A program made the translations under genes and the position numbers. A model generated the notes under the pieces. It had not been told where the DNA came from. It did not search any database and saw only the letters and a program-made list of their open reading frames with translations. DNA of 64,000 nt from the NCBI RefSeq assembly GCF_013315695.1, contig NZ_CP054353.1. One strand, given 5' to 3'. This document shows positions 1 to 12,683 of this stretch, one piece after another (positions within the stretch are counted from its first letter, which is position 1; each line of letters starts with the position of its first letter). The stretch is from Escherichia coli. Its GTDB lineage: Bacteria > Pseudomonadota > Gammaproteobacteria > Enterobacterales > Enterobacteriaceae.

Positions 1-218
1 ACCAATGCCTGCATTTGTGATCCTGCGCGTGTTAATCCGCTTATGTAAACAATCTTTGGTTTGTGAAATCCGTCGAAACAATTCTTATGGTCAGGCTGGC
101 GAACTAAGCGCCTTGCTATGGGTCACAATGGGCGGTTTCATTTGGCTGACGCTTTGTAGCGGTCATGCGGTTAATACACAGCAGTTGTTAAAACGATAAG
201 AAGTTAGCAGGAGTGCAT

Positions 219-1439
219 ATGTTTAAGTCTTTTTTCCCAAAGCCGGGAACGTTTTTTCTCTCGGCCTTTGTTTGGGCATTGATTGCCGTTATCTTCTGGC
301 AAGCCGGTGGGGGTGACTGGGTGGCGCGTATCACCGGCGCTTCCGGGCAGATCCCGATTAGCGCCGCGCGTTTCTGGTCGTTGGATTTCCTGATTTTTTA
401 CGCTTACTACATTGTTTGCGTAGGACTTTTTGCATTGTTCTGGTTTATCTACAGCCCGCACCGTTGGCAATACTGGTCAATACTCGGTACTGCACTGATC
501 ATCTTCGTCACCTGGTTTTTGGTGGAAGTCGGGGTCGCCGTCAACGCCTGGTATGCGCCGTTCTATGATCTGATTCAAACCGCGCTAAGTTCGCCGCATA
601 AAGTCACCATCGAACAATTTTACCGCGAAGTGGGCGTCTTTCTGGGGATTGCGCTGATCGCGGTAGTGATCAGTGTGCTGAACAACTTCTTTGTCAGTCA
701 CTACGTGTTCCGCTGGCGTACAGCGATGAACGAATATTACATGGCGAACTGGCAACAACTGCGTCATATCGAAGGTGCCGCCCAACGTGTGCAGGAAGAC
801 ACCATGCGTTTTGCTTCAACGCTGGAGAATATGGGCGTCAGCTTTATCAACGCTATCATGACGTTGATCGCCTTCCTGCCGGTGCTGGTAACGCTCTCCG
901 CACATGTGCCGGAGCTGCCGATTGTCGGGCACATTCCGTATGGTCTGGTGATTGCCGCTATCGTCTGGTCGCTGATGGGGACCGGATTACTGGCAGTGGT
1001 AGGGATCAAACTGCCGGGGCTGGAGTTTAAAAACCAGCGTGTAGAGGCTGCCTACCGTAAAGAGCTGGTTTATGGTGAAGACGATGCCACGCGCGCGACG
1101 CCGCCTACGGTACGCGAGCTTTTTAGCGCCGTACGGAAAAACTATTTCCGCCTCTATTTTCACTATATGTATTTCAATATCGCCCGCATTCTCTATTTGC
1201 AGGTCGATAACGTTTTCGGTTTGTTCTTGCTGTTTCCGTCAATTGTTGCCGGTACGATTACGCTCGGCCTGATGACGCAGATTACCAACGTTTTTGGTCA
1301 GGTTCGCGGAGCTTTCCAGTACCTGATTAACTCATGGACCACACTGGTTGAGTTGATGTCTATCTACAAACGTCTGCGCAGCTTTGAACATGAGCTGGAT
1401 GGTGACAAAATTCAGGAAGTAACCCATACCTTGAGCTAA
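219..1439 (+). CDS. sbmA: SbmA peptide antibiotic/microcin transporter (inner membrane)
   Basis: ORF 213..1439; translation from second Met ([17 protein letters not shown]...) matches remembered SbmA, 406 aa. Confidence 0.9.
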   Translation: MFKSFFPKPGTFFLSAFVWALIAVIFWQAGGGDWVARITGASGQIPISAARFWSLDFLIFYAYYIVCVGLFALFWFIYSPHRWQYWSILGTALIIFVTWFLVEVGVAVNAWYAPFYDLIQTALSSPHKVTIEQFYREVGVFLGIALIAVVISVLNNFFVSHYVFRWRTAMNEYYMANWQQLRHIEGAAQRVQEDTMRFASTLENMGVSFINAIMTLIAFLPVLVTLSAHVPELPIVGHIPYGLVIAAIVWSLMGTGLLAVVGIKLPGLEFKNQRVEAAYRKELVYGEDDATRATPPTVRELFSAVRKNYFRLYFHYMYFNIARILYLQVDNVFGLFLLFPSIVAGTITLGLMTQITNVFGQVRGAFQYLINSWTTLVELMSIYKRLRSFEHELDGDKIQEVTHTLS

Positions 1440-1451
1440 AAAGGAGAAGTA

Positions 1452-2546
1452 ATGTCGCGCGTCAATCATCTATCTTCGCTGTCATTGTTGGCGGTTCTGG
1501 TTTTAGCGGGGTGTAGTAGTCAGGCTCCGCAACCGTTGAAAAAGGGCGAAAAAGCGATAGATGTGGCGAGCGTCGTGCGGCAGAAGATGCCTGCGAGCGT
1601 GAAAGACCGCGATGCCTGGGCGAAAGATCTCGCCACCACGTTTGAAAGTCAGGGGCTGGCACCGACGCTGGAAAACGTCTGCTCGGTGCTGGCGGTGGCG
1701 CAGCAGGAGTCAAATTATCAGGCAGATCCGGCTGTTCCGGGCTTAAGCAAGATCGCCTGGCAAGAGATTGACCGTCGTGCTGAACGGATGCACATTCCTG
1801 CTTTTCTGGTGCATACCGCGCTAAAAATCAAATCGCCAAACGGCAAAAGCTATAGCGAACGGTTAGATTCGGTGCGTACTGAAAAGCAATTGAGCGCGAT
1901 TTTTGACGATCTGATCAGCATGGTGCCAATGGGGCAGACGTTGTTTGGTTCGCTTAATCCGGTGCGCACCGGTGGGCCGATGCAGGTCAGCATTGCCTTT
2001 GCCGAACAGCATACCAAAGGGTATCCGTGGAAAATGGACGGTACAGTCCGTCAGGAAGTCTTCAGTCGTCGCGGCGGGTTGTGGTTTGGTACTTACCATT
2101 TACTGAATTATCCCGCCAGCTATAGCGCGCCGATATACCGTTTTGCTGATTTTAACGCTGGCTGGTACGCCAGCCGTAATGCCGCGTTTCAGAACGCGGT
2201 CAGTAAGGTCAGCGGCGTGAAGCTGGCACTGGACGGTGATTTAATTCGTTACGACAGTAAAGAGCCCGGGAAAACCGAACTGGCAACGCGCAAACTGGCG
2301 GGAAAACTGGGGATGAGCGACAGTGAAATTCGCCGCCAGTTAGAGAAAGGGGACAGCTTCTCTTTTGAGGAGACGGCGCTGTACAAGAAAGTTTATCAAC
2401 TTGCCGAAGCGAAAACGGGTAAATCACTACCCCGCGAAATGTTGCCTGGCATTCAACTGGAAAGCCCGAAAATCACCCGCAACCTGACTACGGCCTGGTT
2501 TGCGAAGCGCGTAGACGAACGGCGGGCGCGTTGTATGAAACAGTGA
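1452..2546 (+). CDS. yaiW: YaiW lipoprotein
   Basis: 364-aa ORF with lipoprotein signal (LLAVLVLAGCSSQ); position after sbmA as in K-12. Confidence 0.85.
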   Translation: MSRVNHLSSLSLLAVLVLAGCSSQAPQPLKKGEKAIDVASVVRQKMPASVKDRDAWAKDLATTFESQGLAPTLENVCSVLAVAQQESNYQADPAVPGLSKIAWQEIDRRAERMHIPAFLVHTALKIKSPNGKSYSERLDSVRTEKQLSAIFDDLISMVPMGQTLFGSLNPVRTGGPMQVSIAFAEQHTKGYPWKMDGTVRQEVFSRRGGLWFGTYHLLNYPASYSAPIYRFADFNAGWYASRNAAFQNAVSKVSGVKLALDGDLIRYDSKEPGKTELATRKLAGKLGMSDSEIRRQLEKGDSFSFEETALYKKVYQLAEAKTGKSLPREMLPGIQLESPKITRNLTTAWFAKRVDERRARCMKQ

Positions 2547-2603
2547 TCAAACAGGAATGTCATGCCAGATAAAGCGTTTTAGGTCCTATCTGGCAAGTAA
2601 ATC

Positions 2604-2912
2604 TTACTGGCGGCGATGTCGCCAGTGCAGCCATAGCGCCACTACTGCAAAAATGAGGCAGCCAACTAAAAACGGGATCAGCCCGAAAATGGTGCCGACA
2701 CCTAAACCAATTTCCACCCGTGGGCGACCTGTTTCCTGGACCTGCATTAAACGCTCATAGACGCCGGGCGCATGCACTAGCAGGTTCAGCAATTGCGCCC
2801 CAGCCCAAAAGCAAAACAGCACAAACAACGCATAGGCAATATTGCCAGGCGTTGAAGAGGCATTGCGATATTTTCCGCTAAACAGCGATTTTGACAGGGT
2901 GAAATCAGCCAT
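2604..2912 (-). CDS. yaiY: YaiY inner membrane protein (DUF2755)
   Basis: 102-aa hydrophobic ORF, conserved position. Confidence 0.8.
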
Positions 2913-3171
2913 AAAAACCTCCGGAAGTCATCTGCTTCTCTTCTGGTGTGATACCAGCGGCTTATGGCAAGTCTGACAGGTCATTAAGATTGTCAATATC
3001 AGAATCATGGTAAATTGATGTTGGGAATATTCCCGAAGCGTGAATCTTCGTTGTGAGTCACAAAATGGCAACCTTAAGTTAAATTTATTAACAAATGCGA
3101 AAGTGTTGTCTACCCCACAGACAGTTGTTACAGAATATGCAAGGATGTTGTTTTTCGTTAACGGAGCTGCC

Positions 3172-3384
3172 ATGAACTTGCCTGTAAAAATCCGCCGTGA
3201 CTGGCACTACTATGCGTTCGCCATTGGCCTTATATTCATTCTTAATGGCGTGGTGGGGTTACTGGGATTTGAAGCAAAAGGTTGGCAGACCTATGCCGTC
3301 GGTCTGGTGACGTGGGTGATTAGTTTCTGGCTGGCGGGGTTGATTATTCGTCGTCGCGATGAAGAAACTGAAAACGCCCAATAA
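3172..3384 (+). CDS. yaiZ: YaiZ small membrane protein (DUF2754)
   Basis: Internal Met MNLPVKIRRDWHYYAF... gives a 70-aa hydrophobic protein; the longer 114-aa ORF from 3040 is probably an over-extension. Confidence 0.6.
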   Translation: MNLPVKIRRDWHYYAFAIGLIFILNGVVGLLGFEAKGWQTYAVGLVTWVISFWLAGLIIRRRDEETENAQ

Positions 3385-3407
3385 GAATATTACCGGGCGT
3401 TTGAATA

Positions 3408-4502
3408 TTACATTGTGGTTTTCAGTGCGTTATCTGCAGCGTGACGCTCCAGCGCCAGCTCAATCAAACGCGTGATCAGATCGGTGTAACCCAGACCGCT
3501 GGCTTGCCACAACTTCGGATACATACTGATGTTGGTGAAGCCAGGCAGGGTGTTGATCTCGTTGATCACCACTTCGTTCTCTGGGGTTAAAAACACGTCT
3601 ACACGCGCCATGCCTGCGCATCCCAACGTTTGATAGGCCTGAACGGCAATCGCCCGGATCTTATCGTTGATTTCTGGCGCAATGGCTGCCGGAACAACCA
3701 CTTTCGCGCCATCTTCGTCAATGTACTTGGTGTCGTAGGCATAAAAATCGCTGGTTAGTACGATCTCGCCACAGGTGCTGGCTTGCGGATTGTCGTTGCC
3801 CAGAACTGCGCATTCGATCTCACGACCTTTGATCCCTTGCTCAACGATCACTTTATGGTCGAACTCGAACGCCAGATCGACGGCAATTGCGTACTGTTCT
3901 TCACTGGTTACTTTGCTGACACCAACAGAAGAGCCCTGATTAGCCGGTTTTACAAACAGCGGTAACCCCAGTTTAGACTCCACTTCGGCAAAACTGATGT
4001 TGTGACGATTAGCGCGCGTCAGGGTAATAAATGGCGCAATGTTCAGCCCGGCATCGCGCAGCAGACGTTTGGTGACATCTTTATCCATACAGGCCGCTGA
4101 AGCCAGAACATCAGAACCTACAAACGGTAAATTGGCGACCCGCAGCATTCCCTGCAAGGAACCATCTTCGCCCAGCGTACCGTGGACAATCGGGAAAATG
4201 ACATCCACCGTCGGCAACGGCTGACCGTTTTGCGCGTCGATAAGCTGATGTTCATGTTTACCAGGCACCTGCGCAAGGCTGGTCGCCGAAGGGCGCAACG
4301 CAATATGGGCAGGATCGTCTGCATTTAGCAGATAATTGCTGGCATCGCTGACGTGCCATTGCCCTTGTTTATCAATGCCCAGCAGCACAACGTCGAAGCG
4401 ACTTTTATCAATGGCATCGACAATGTTTTTTGCCGATTGCAGAGACACTTCATGTTCCGCTGATTTACCACCAAAAACGATTCCTACCCGCAGTTTTTCC
4501 AT
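3408..4502 (-). CDS. ddlA: D-alanine--D-alanine ligase A
   Basis: 364-aa [27 protein letters not shown]..., ATP-grasp Ddl family. Confidence 0.95.
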   Translation of the reverse strand: MEKLRVGIVFGGKSAEHEVSLQSAKNIVDAIDKSRFDVVLLGIDKQGQWHVSDASNYLLNADDPAHIALRPSATSLAQVPGKHEHQLIDAQNGQPLPTVDVIFPIVHGTLGEDGSLQGMLRVANLPFVGSDVLASAACMDKDVTKRLLRDAGLNIAPFITLTRANRHNISFAEVESKLGLPLFVKPANQGSSVGVSKVTSEEQYAIAVDLAFEFDHKVIVEQGIKGREIECAVLGNDNPQASTCGEIVLTSDFYAYDTKYIDEDGAKVVVPAAIAPEINDKIRAIAVQAYQTLGCAGMARVDVFLTPENEVVINEINTLPGFTNISMYPKLWQASGLGYTDLITRLIELALERHAADNALKTTM

Positions 4503-4964
4503 CTTAAAAACCTATCCCGTCTAACACAAAGTGCATACATTACCACGACAAAACGGGGGATTCGCGGCCTTCTGACAGAATGTTGCAATCTTCTGCTGAC
4601 AAAGCGTGCAACGTACTGGTGAAGAAAGTGCGTTATCTCAATGATGTGCGCAAGATCACAAAAATGATGAACGGGAAGCTAATTTATTCCTGGCTTGTAT
4701 GGCCATGCAGTGAGTTTTTTTCTCTTAATTATAAGTTAACGAAGAGAATATATTTCATAACTTTTATTTATAATAAAGGTTGATAATTAAAAGCCTATAT
4801 TTTGTGTGGGTAATTATTTAAATAAGAGAAACGTTTCGCTGGTAATCAAACAAAAAATATTTGCGCAAAGTATTTCCTTTGTCATAAAAATAATACTTCC
4901 AGACACTATGAAGTTGTGAAACATAATGTTAACTTCTCCATACTTTGGATAAGGAAATACAGAC

Positions 4965-5225
4965 ATGAAAAATCTCATTGCTGAGTTGTTATTTAAGCTT
5001 GCCCAAAAAGAAGAAGAGTCGAAAGAACTGTGCGCGCAGGTAGAAGCTTTGGAGATTATCGTCACGGCAATGCTTCGCAATATGGCGCAAAATGATCAAC
5101 AGCGGTTGATTGATCAGGTAGAGGGGGCGCTGTACGAGGTAAAGCCCGATGCCAGCATTCCTGACGACGATACGGAGCTGCTGCGCGATTACGTAAAGAA
5201 GTTATTGAGGCATCCTCGTCAGTAA
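4965..5225 (+). CDS. iraP: IraP anti-adaptor protein (RpoS stabiliser under phosphate starvation)
   Basis: 86-aa [25 protein letters not shown]..., adjacent to phoA. Confidence 0.9.
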
Positions 5226-5245
5226 AAAGTTAATCTTTTCAACAG

Positions 5246-5263
5246 CTGTCATAAAGTTGTCAC
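5246..5263 (+). promoter_or_regulatory. Pho box (PhoB binding site) of phoA promoter
   Basis: CTGTCATAAAGTTGTCAC about 65 bp upstream of the phoA GTG start; matches the classical phoA Pho box. Confidence 0.8.
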
Positions 5264-5325
5264 GGCCAAGACTTATAGTCGCTTTGTTTTTATTTTTTAA
5301 TGTATTTGTACATGGAGAAAATAAA

Positions 5326-6741
5326 GTGAAACAAAGCACTATTGCACTGGCACTCTTACCGTTACTGTTTTCCCCTGTGACAAAAGCCCGGACACCAGAA
5401 ATGCCTGTTCTGGAAAACCGGGCTGCTCAGGGCGATATTACTGCACCCGGCGGTGCTCGCCGTTTAACGGGGGATCAGACCGCCGCTCTGCGTGATTCTC
5501 TTAGCGATAAACCTGCAAAAAATATTATTTTGCTGATTGGCGATGGGATGGGGGACTCGGAAATTACTGCTGCACGCAATTATGCCGAAGGTGCGGGCGG
5601 CTTTTTTAAAGGTATCGATGCCTTACCGCTTACCGGACAATACACACACTATGCGCTGAATAAAAAAACCGGCAAACCGGACTACGTCACCGACTCGGCT
5701 GCATCAGCAACCGCCTGGTCAACTGGTGTCAAAACCTATAACGGCGCGCTGGGCGTCGATATTCACGAAAAAGATCACCCAACGATTCTGGAAATGGCAA
5801 AAGCCGCAGGTCTGGCGACCGGTAACGTTTCTACCGCAGAGTTGCAGGATGCTACGCCCGCTGCGCTGGTGGCGCATGTGACCTCGCGCAAATGCTACGG
5901 TCCGAGCGCGACCAGTGAAAAATGTCCGGGTAACGCTCTGGAAAAAGGCGGAAAAGGATCGATTACCGAACAGCTGCTTAACGCCCGTGCCGATGTTACG
6001 CTTGGCGGCGGCGCAAAAACCTTTGCTGAAACGGCAACCGCCGGTGAATGGCAGGGAAAAACGCTGCGTGAACAGGCACAGGCGCGTGGTTATCAGTTGG
6101 TGAGTGATGCTGCCTCACTGAATTCGGTGACGGAAGCGAATCAGCAAAAACCCCTATTAGGACTGTTTGCTGACGGCAATATGCCAGTGCGCTGGCTAGG
6201 ACCGAAAGCAACGTACCACGGCAATATCGACAAGCCCGCAGTTACCTGTACGCCTAATCCGCAACGTAATGACAGCGTACCGACCCTGGCGCAGATGACC
6301 GACAAAGCCATTGAATTGTTGAGTAAAAATGAGAAAGGCTTTTTCCTGCAAGTTGAAGGTGCATCAATCGATAAACAGGATCACGCTGCGAATCCTTGTG
6401 GGCAAATTGGCGAGACGGTCGATCTCGATGAAGCCGTACAACGTGCGCTGGAATTCGCTAAAAAGGATGGCAACACGCTGGTCATAGTCACCGCTGATCA
6501 CGCCCACGCCAGCCAGATTGTCGCGCCGGACACCAAAGCGCCGGGCCTCACCCAGGCGCTAAATACCAAAGATGGCGCAGTGATGGTGATGAGTTACGGG
6601 AACTCCGAAGAGGATTCACAAGAACATACCGGCAGTCAGTTGCGTATTGCAGCGTATGGCCCACATGCCGCCAATGTCGTTGGACTGACCGACCAGACCG
6701 ATCTCTTCTACACCATGAAAGCCGCCCTGGGGCTGAAATAA
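5326..6741 (+). CDS. phoA: Alkaline phosphatase
   Basis: GTG start giving [15 protein letters not shown](S)PVTKA signal peptide, 471 aa; ORF 5257..6741 is N-terminally over-extended. Confidence 0.95.
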   Translation: MKQSTIALALLPLLFSPVTKARTPEMPVLENRAAQGDITAPGGARRLTGDQTAALRDSLSDKPAKNIILLIGDGMGDSEITAARNYAEGAGGFFKGIDALPLTGQYTHYALNKKTGKPDYVTDSAASATAWSTGVKTYNGALGVDIHEKDHPTILEMAKAAGLATGNVSTAELQDATPAALVAHVTSRKCYGPSATSEKCPGNALEKGGKGSITEQLLNARADVTLGGGAKTFAETATAGEWQGKTLREQAQARGYQLVSDAASLNSVTEANQQKPLLGLFADGNMPVRWLGPKATYHGNIDKPAVTCTPNPQRNDSVPTLAQMTDKAIELLSKNEKGFFLQVEGASIDKQDHAANPCGQIGETVDLDEAVQRALEFAKKDGNTLVIVTADHAHASQIVAPDTKAPGLTQALNTKDGAVMVMSYGNSEEDSQEHTGSQLRIAAYGPHAANVVGLTDQTDLFYTMKAALGLK

Positions 6742-6859
6742 AACCGCGCCCGGCGGTGAATTTTTGCTGTCGGGTGGTTTTTTTGCTGTTAGCAACCAGA
6801 CTTAATGGCAGATCACGGGCGCAAACGCTCATGGTTAAAACATGAAGAGGGATGGTGCT

Positions 6860-7180
6860 ATGAAAATAACATTACTGGTTACCTTGCTTTTCGGACTGGT
6901 TTTTTTAACCACCGTCGGCGCTGCCGAGAGAACCTTAACCCCGCAACAACAGCGTATGACCTCCTGTAATCAGCAGGCGACGGCGCAGGCGTTGAAAGGG
7001 GATGCTCGTAAGACCTACATGAGTGATTGCCTGAAGAACAGCAAGTCTGCGCCTGGTGAAAAAAGTTTGACGCCACAGCAGCAAAAGATGCGCGAATGTA
7101 ATAATCAAGCAACGCAACAATCTCTGAAAGGGGATGGTCGTAATAAGTTTATGAGCGCCTGCCTCAAGAAAGCCGCCTGA
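6860..7180 (+). CDS. psiF: Phosphate starvation-inducible protein PsiF
   Basis: 106-aa protein MKITLLVTLLFGLVF... with duplicated LTPQQQ..CN(Q)QAT motif. Confidence 0.85.
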   Translation: MKITLLVTLLFGLVFLTTVGAAERTLTPQQQRMTSCNQQATAQALKGDARKTYMSDCLKNSKSAPGEKSLTPQQQKMRECNNQATQQSLKGDGRNKFMSACLKKAA

Positions 7181-7281
7181 TACCTGATAGTGCTAACGGG
7201 TGAGCTACGAAAATGGCTCACCCGAAATTTCATACTTCTGCCTTTAGCCCCGTCTCTATAATTTGGGAAAATTGTTTCTGA

Positions 7282-8397
7282 ATGTTCCCAAAAATAATGA
7301 ATGATGAAAACTTTTTCAAAAAAGCGGCGGCGCATGGGGAGGAACCTCCTTTAACTCCTCAAAACGAACATCAGCGATCCGGGCTGCGCTTCGCCCGTCG
7401 CGTCAGACTACCCCGCGCGGTTGGCCTGGCTGGCATGTTCTTACCGATTGCTTCAACGCTGGTTTCGCACCCGCCGCCGGGCTGGTGGTGGCTGGTGTTG
7501 GTCGGCTGGGCGTTCGTCTGGCCGCATTTAGCCTGGCAGATAGCGAGCAGGGCCGTCGATCCGCTTAGCCGGGAAATTTACAACTTAAAAACCGATGCAG
7601 TATTAGCGGGAATGTGGGTAGGCGTAATGGGCGTAAACGTGCTGCCTTCCACCGCGATGTTGATGATTGTGTGTCTGAATTTGATGGGGGCAGGCGGCCC
7701 CCGTCTGTTTGTCGCGGGTCTGGTGTTGATGGTGGTTTCCTGCCTTGTCACCCTCGAACTGACGGGCATCACCGTGTCGTTCAATAGTGCGCCGCTGGAA
7801 TGGTGGCTCTCACTTCCCATTATCGTCATTTATCCTCTGCTGTTTGGCTGGGTCAGCTACCAGACGGCGACTAAACTGGCGGAACATAAACGCAGGTTGC
7901 AGGTCATGAGTACCCGCGACGGTATGACGGGCGTGTATAACCGACGTCATTGGGAAACTATGTTACGCAATGAATTTGATAACTGTCGGCGGCATAACCG
8001 CGATGCGACATTACTGATTATCGATATCGACCATTTCAAGAGCATCAACGATACCTGGGGCCATGATGTGGGCGATGAAGCGATTGTGGCGCTTACCCGA
8101 CAGTTACAAATAACCCTGCGCGGTAGCGATGTGATTGGTCGGTTTGGCGGCGATGAGTTTGCGGTAATCATGTCCGGTACGCCAGCTGAGAGCGCCATTA
8201 CCGCCATGTTACGAGTGCATGAAGGGCTAAATACATTACGTCTGCCGAATACGCCACAGGTAACTTTACGGATTAGTGTTGGGGTTGCGCCGCTGAACCC
8301 ACAAATGAGTCACTATCGTGAGTGGTTGAAATCGGCAGATTTGGCGCTTTACAAAGCAAAGAAAGCCGGACGTAACCGCACCGAAGTGGCGGCCTGA
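7282..8397 (+). CDS. dgcC: Diguanylate cyclase DgcC (AdrA/YaiC), MASE2-GGDEF
   Basis: 371-aa ORF with membrane N-terminus and C-terminal GGDEF motif (RFGGDEFAVI). Confidence 0.9.
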   Translation: MFPKIMNDENFFKKAAAHGEEPPLTPQNEHQRSGLRFARRVRLPRAVGLAGMFLPIASTLVSHPPPGWWWLVLVGWAFVWPHLAWQIASRAVDPLSREIYNLKTDAVLAGMWVGVMGVNVLPSTAMLMIVCLNLMGAGGPRLFVAGLVLMVVSCLVTLELTGITVSFNSAPLEWWLSLPIIVIYPLLFGWVSYQTATKLAEHKRRLQVMSTRDGMTGVYNRRHWETMLRNEFDNCRRHNRDATLLIIDIDHFKSINDTWGHDVGDEAIVALTRQLQITLRGSDVIGRFGGDEFAVIMSGTPAESAITAMLRVHEGLNTLRLPNTPQVTLRISVGVAPLNPQMSHYREWLKSADLALYKAKKAGRNRTEVAA

Positions 8398-8413
8398 CGT
8401 CCGGCAAAAGTCA

Positions 8414-9223
8414 TCAGGATTTACTGAGTTTTTCTGATTTTTCCATACACTTCGTCATCGCTTCGATCACTGCGGCACGGAAGCCTTTCTCTTCCAGTAC
8501 GCGTACCGCCTCAATGGTGGTGCCTCCCGGTGAGCAGACCATATCTTTCAGTGCCCCTGGATGTTCTCCCGTTTCCAGCACCATTTTTGCGGAACCCATT
8601 ACCGCCTGAGCGGCAAATTTATACGCCTGGGCGCGTGGCATCCCGCCCAGCACGGCGGCGTCGGCCATCGCTTCGATAAACATAAAGACGTAGGCTGGCG
8701 AAGAACCGCTCACACCGACCACCGGGTGGATCATCGGCTCGGCAATTACTTCCGCTTCGCCAAAGCAGCGGAAAATATTCAGCACATCAGCGGTATCTTC
8801 TGGGGTTACCAGCGCGTTTGGCGTTACGGAGGTCATCCCGGCATTAACCAGCGCGGGAGTGTTCGGCATGGCGCGGATAATTTTCCGGTCATGGCCCAGC
8901 GCGCGGGCAAGCTGGTCGAGTGTGATACCTGCAGCAATAGAAACGACCAGAGAGTCTTTATTCAGGCTGGAGGTGATTTCGCTAAGCACTTTAATCATGA
9001 TGCCAGGTTTAACGGCGGCAAAAATGATGTCGGCGATTTGCGCTACTTCTTGCGCCGATTCTGCGGCGTTGATGCCGAACTGGTCATGCAGGGCGGTGAC
9101 TTTATCCGGGGAGGGGGTATATACCCAGATTTGCCCTGGAAGCACCTGACCGCTGGCAATCAGACCGCCGAGAATGGCTTTTCCCATATTGCCGCAGCCA
9201 ATAAAACCGATTTTCTTTTCCAT
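8414..9223 (-). CDS. proC: Pyrroline-5-carboxylate reductase
   Basis: 269-aa protein from [20 protein letters not shown]...; ORF track extends 36 codons further upstream. Confidence 0.95.
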   Translation of the reverse strand: MEKKIGFIGCGNMGKAILGGLIASGQVLPGQIWVYTPSPDKVTALHDQFGINAAESAQEVAQIADIIFAAVKPGIMIKVLSEITSSLNKDSLVVSIAAGITLDQLARALGHDRKIIRAMPNTPALVNAGMTSVTPNALVTPEDTADVLNIFRCFGEAEVIAEPMIHPVVGVSGSSPAYVFMFIEAMADAAVLGGMPRAQAYKFAAQAVMGSAKMVLETGEHPGALKDMVCSPGGTTIEAVRVLEEKGFRAAVIEAMTKCMEKSEKLSKS

Positions 9224-9342
9224 TGCCTCACTCCTGCCGTGAAATTCATTGTTTTGATAATCGCTGGCAGAAGCATAAACAGAACTATGCCGGAAGGCAA
9301 AAGCGCGACACAATAGAGGATTACCCAACAAAGGATGACTTT

Positions 9343-9801
9343 ATGACAATTTGGGTGGATGCCGACGCGTGTCCCAATGTAATTAAAGAGATTTTGTATC
9401 GCGCGGCGGAACGTATGCAGATGCCGCTGGTACTGGTAGCAAACCAGAGTTTACGCGTGCCGCCATCGCGATTTATTCGTACGCTGCGCGTCGCGGCAGG
9501 TTTCGACGTTGCCGATAACGAAATTGTCCGGCAGTGTGAAGCGGGCGATTTGGTGATCACCGCAGATATACCTCTGGCTGCTGAAGCCATCGAGAAAGGC
9601 GCGGCGGCGCTTAATCCTCGCGGCGAACGTTACACGCCAGCGACCATTCGTGAGCGCCTGACGATGCGCGATTTTATGGATACCTTACGTGCCAGTGGGA
9701 TCCAGACCGGAGGACCAGATAGTCTTTCACAACGTGACCGCCAGGCCTTTGCTGCGGAGCTGGAGAAGTGGTGGCTGGAAGTGCAACGTAGTCGTGGCTG
9801 A
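9343..9801 (+). CDS. yaiI: YaiI (UPF0178 family)
   Basis: 152-aa protein from [23 protein letters not shown]... Confidence 0.85.
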   Translation: MTIWVDADACPNVIKEILYRAAERMQMPLVLVANQSLRVPPSRFIRTLRVAAGFDVADNEIVRQCEAGDLVITADIPLAAEAIEKGAAALNPRGERYTPATIRERLTMRDFMDTLRASGIQTGGPDSLSQRDRQAFAAELEKWWLEVQRSRG

Positions 9802-9802
9802 A

Positions 9803-9820
9803 TGTAATTTATTATTTACA
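9803..9820 (+). promoter_or_regulatory. TyrR box in aroL promoter region
   Basis: TGTAATTTATTATTTACA fits TGTAAA-N6-TTTACA TyrR consensus, immediately upstream of aroL. Confidence 0.6.
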
Positions 9821-9983
9821 CTTCATTCTTGAATATTTATTGGTATAGTAAGGGATGTATTGAGATTTTCACTTTAAGTGGAATTTTTTCTTTACAATCG
9901 AAATTGTACTAGTTTGATGGTATGATCGCTATTCTCATGATATCGGCTTTCGCCGCATTGCGACCTATTGGGGAAAACCCACG

Positions 9984-10508
9984 ATGACACAACCTCTTTT
10001 TCTGATCGGGCCTCGGGGCTGTGGTAAAACAACGGTCGGAATGGCCCTTGCCGATTCGCTTAACCGTCGGTTTGTCGATACCGACCAGTGGTTGCAATCA
10101 CAGCTCAATATGACGGTCGCGGAGATCGTCGAAAGGGAAGAGTGGGCGGGATTCCGCGCCAGAGAAACGGCGGCGCTGGAAGCGGTAACTGCGCCATCCA
10201 CCGTTATCGCTACAGGCGGCGGCATTATTCTGACGGAATTTAATCGTCACTTCATGCAAAATAACGGGATCGTGGTTTATTTGTGTGCGCCAGTATCAGT
10301 CCTGGTTAACCGACTGCAAGCTGCACCGGAAGAAGATTTACGGCCAACCTTAACGGGAAAACCGCTGAGCGAAGAAGTTCAGGAAGTGCTGGAAGAACGC
10401 GATGTGCTATATCGCGAAGTTGCGCATATTATTATCGACGCAACAAACGAACCCAGCCAGGTGATTTCTGAAATTCGCAGTGCCCTGGCACAGACGATCA
10501 ATTGTTGA
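9984..10508 (+). CDS. aroL: Shikimate kinase II
   Basis: 174-aa [22 protein letters not shown]... with P-loop. Confidence 0.95.
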   Translation: MTQPLFLIGPRGCGKTTVGMALADSLNRRFVDTDQWLQSQLNMTVAEIVEREEWAGFRARETAALEAVTAPSTVIATGGGIILTEFNRHFMQNNGIVVYLCAPVSVLVNRLQAAPEEDLRPTLTGKPLSEEVQEVLEERDVLYREVAHIIIDATNEPSQVISEIRSALAQTINC

Positions 10509-10548
10509 TTTTCGAGCGCCTATACTTAACGTTCATCCCGTGAAATAA

Positions 10549-10749
<201 letters not shown>

Positions 10750-11006
10750 CCGCATCAGACTGCTCGGAAGGGATTCTGAGTACCACCACAAGGGATCTGC
10801 GTCACATTTTTCACAATTCATGTTTTTCAAATAATTAGAATATTAAACAATAACAATCCATTACTGGAATCATTTGGAATCTTTACATTATGCCGTGCAG
10901 GTCTGCTGCTACGCTTTTTGTCATTTGTAGCACAGGTAAGTGTCAGCAGTGGTGCTTAGCGCTTGCCCGGTAATTAACGACGAAATAAAAGTAAGGTGGA
11001 AGAACA

Positions 11007-11684
11007 ATGAGTGCGTCGTTGGCGATCCTGACCATCGGCATTGTACCTATGCAGGAAGTTTTGCCGCTCCTGACAGAATACATTGACGAAGATAATATTT
11101 CCCATCATAGCCTGCTGGGGAAGTTAAGCCGCGAAGAAGTGATGGCGGAGTACGCGCCAGAAGCAGGTGAAGACACAATTCTCACATTATTAAATGACAA
11201 CCAGCTGGCCCATGTTTCGCGTCGCAAAGTGGAACGAGACCTGCAAGGTGTGGTTGAAGTGCTCGATAATCAGGGTTATGACGTCATTTTATTAATGAGT
11301 ACAGCAAACATTAGTAGTATGACTGCGCGTAATACGATCTTTCTTGAGCCGTCGCGAATATTGCCTCCGCTGGTTTCCTCTATTGTTGAAGATCATCAGG
11401 TGGGGGTTATCGTACCGGTTGAGGAGTTGCTGACCGTTCAGGCGCAAAAATGGCAAATTTTGCAGAAACCGCCAGTATTTTCATTGGGTAACCCCATTCA
11501 TGATTCGGAACAAAAAATCATTGATGCCGGGAAAGAATTACTGGCAAAAGGTGCAGATGTCATCATGCTGGATTGTTTGGGATTTAACCAGCGTCATCGC
11601 GATTTACTGCAAAAACAGCTCGATGTTCCTGTCTTGCTCTCTAACGTATTGATTGCACGGCTGGCTGCGGAATTACTGGTGTAA
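11007..11684 (+). CDS. aroM: AroM protein
   Basis: 225-aa [25 protein letters not shown]... Confidence 0.9.
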   Translation: MSASLAILTIGIVPMQEVLPLLTEYIDEDNISHHSLLGKLSREEVMAEYAPEAGEDTILTLLNDNQLAHVSRRKVERDLQGVVEVLDNQGYDVILLMSTANISSMTARNTIFLEPSRILPPLVSSIVEDHQVGVIVPVEELLTVQAQKWQILQKPPVFSLGNPIHDSEQKIIDAGKELLAKGADVIMLDCLGFNQRHRDLLQKQLDVPVLLSNVLIARLAAELLV

Positions 11685-11755
11685 TTTTGCGTGACAGCCA
11701 GCGCCTCTGGCCCCTATAGTGAAGTAGATGTTCAACTACCAGACAGGGCCAGTTT

Positions 11756-12040
11756 ATGCTTCAAAGTAATGAGTACTTTTCCGGCAAAGTGAAATCGATC
11801 GGCTTTTCCAGCAGCAGCACTGGTCGCGCCAGCGTGGGTGTTATGGTTGAAGGCGAATACACCTTCAGCACCGCTGAGCCTGAAGAGATGACGGTAATCA
11901 GTGGCGCGCTGAATGTGTTACTGCCTGACGCGACCGACTGGCAAGTGTATGAAGCCGGTTCGGTGTTTAATGTTCCCGGTCACAGCGAGTTTCATCTGCA
12001 AGTTGCCGAACCCACCTCTTATCTGTGCCGCTATCTGTAA
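11756..12040 (+). CDS. ppnP: Pyrimidine/purine nucleoside phosphorylase PpnP (YaiE)
   Basis: 94-aa [20 protein letters not shown]... Confidence 0.9.
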
Positions 12041-12247
12041 TTTCTCGCCTTCCCCTTGAACGGGAGGGCATTTTTCTGAAATGTCCTCTCTTTAACCCAT
12101 AATAATATTTCCTTTGCTAGGATTTTTTCGATTTCCGATATATTCATAATTCATCAAGGTTGATATAAATATCAGCGAAGATCTCCAGATATTGTTGCGG
12201 AACTGGCGACGATAAAAGATAAATCAGATGATGAATGGTGGCGTGCA

Positions 12248-12526
12248 TTGCTGCAAAGTCGCAATGATCATTTGCGCCAAACGGCATTGCGCAACGCACA
12301 TACCCCGGTGTTGTTAACGACATTGACTGAGTCTCAGGATCGGTCGCTGGATATTAATAATCCACAGCTGGCTGCCGATGTGAAAACGGTGTGGCTAAAA
12401 GAGGAGCCATCATTACTTTTATTTGTCGATCAACCCGCTCTTTCGCAGTTACGGGATTTAGTGAAAACCGGGGCAACGCGGAAAATTCGCAGTGAAGCGC
12501 GTCACCGGCTTGAGGAAAAACAATGA
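12248..12526 (+). CDS. Small hypothetical protein in the position of K-12 ykiA (non-ATG start in ORF track)
   Basis: 92-aa ORF between ppnP and rdgC; no recognisable domain; start codon uncertain. Confidence 0.35.
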   Translation: MLQSRNDHLRQTALRNAHTPVLLTTLTESQDRSLDINNPQLAADVKTVWLKEEPSLLLFVDQPALSQLRDLVKTGATRKIRSEARHRLEEKQ

Positions 12527-12683
12527 CACAACGCCCCTGGAGCAAGTTACAGCGTAAAACGCATAATATTGCTGCGCTAAAAATTATTGCCCGCCGTAGC
12601 GAATAATTATATGCCTGGTGTGGCTTTGTACGCCGGATAAGACGCGGCAGGCGTCGCATCCGGCATTAAAGGAAAATCAGCAA

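Noticed and set aside
5-199. 64-aa ORF upstream of sbmA
   Set aside because: No convincing RBS or recognisable protein; region corresponds to the sbmA upstream intergenic/promoter DNA.
4503-4964. Long AT-rich ddlA-iraP intergenic region considered as a possible insertion or sRNA locus
   Set aside because: A gap of similar length exists in K-12 as I recall it, and holds the iraP promoter; no repeat or ORF structure suggests extra cargo.
12523-12606. 27-codon ORF (MTQRPWSKLQRKTHNIAALKIIARRSE) after the ykiA-like ORF
   Set aside because: Too short and unsupported; could be a small protein but nothing in the sequence distinguishes it from chance.
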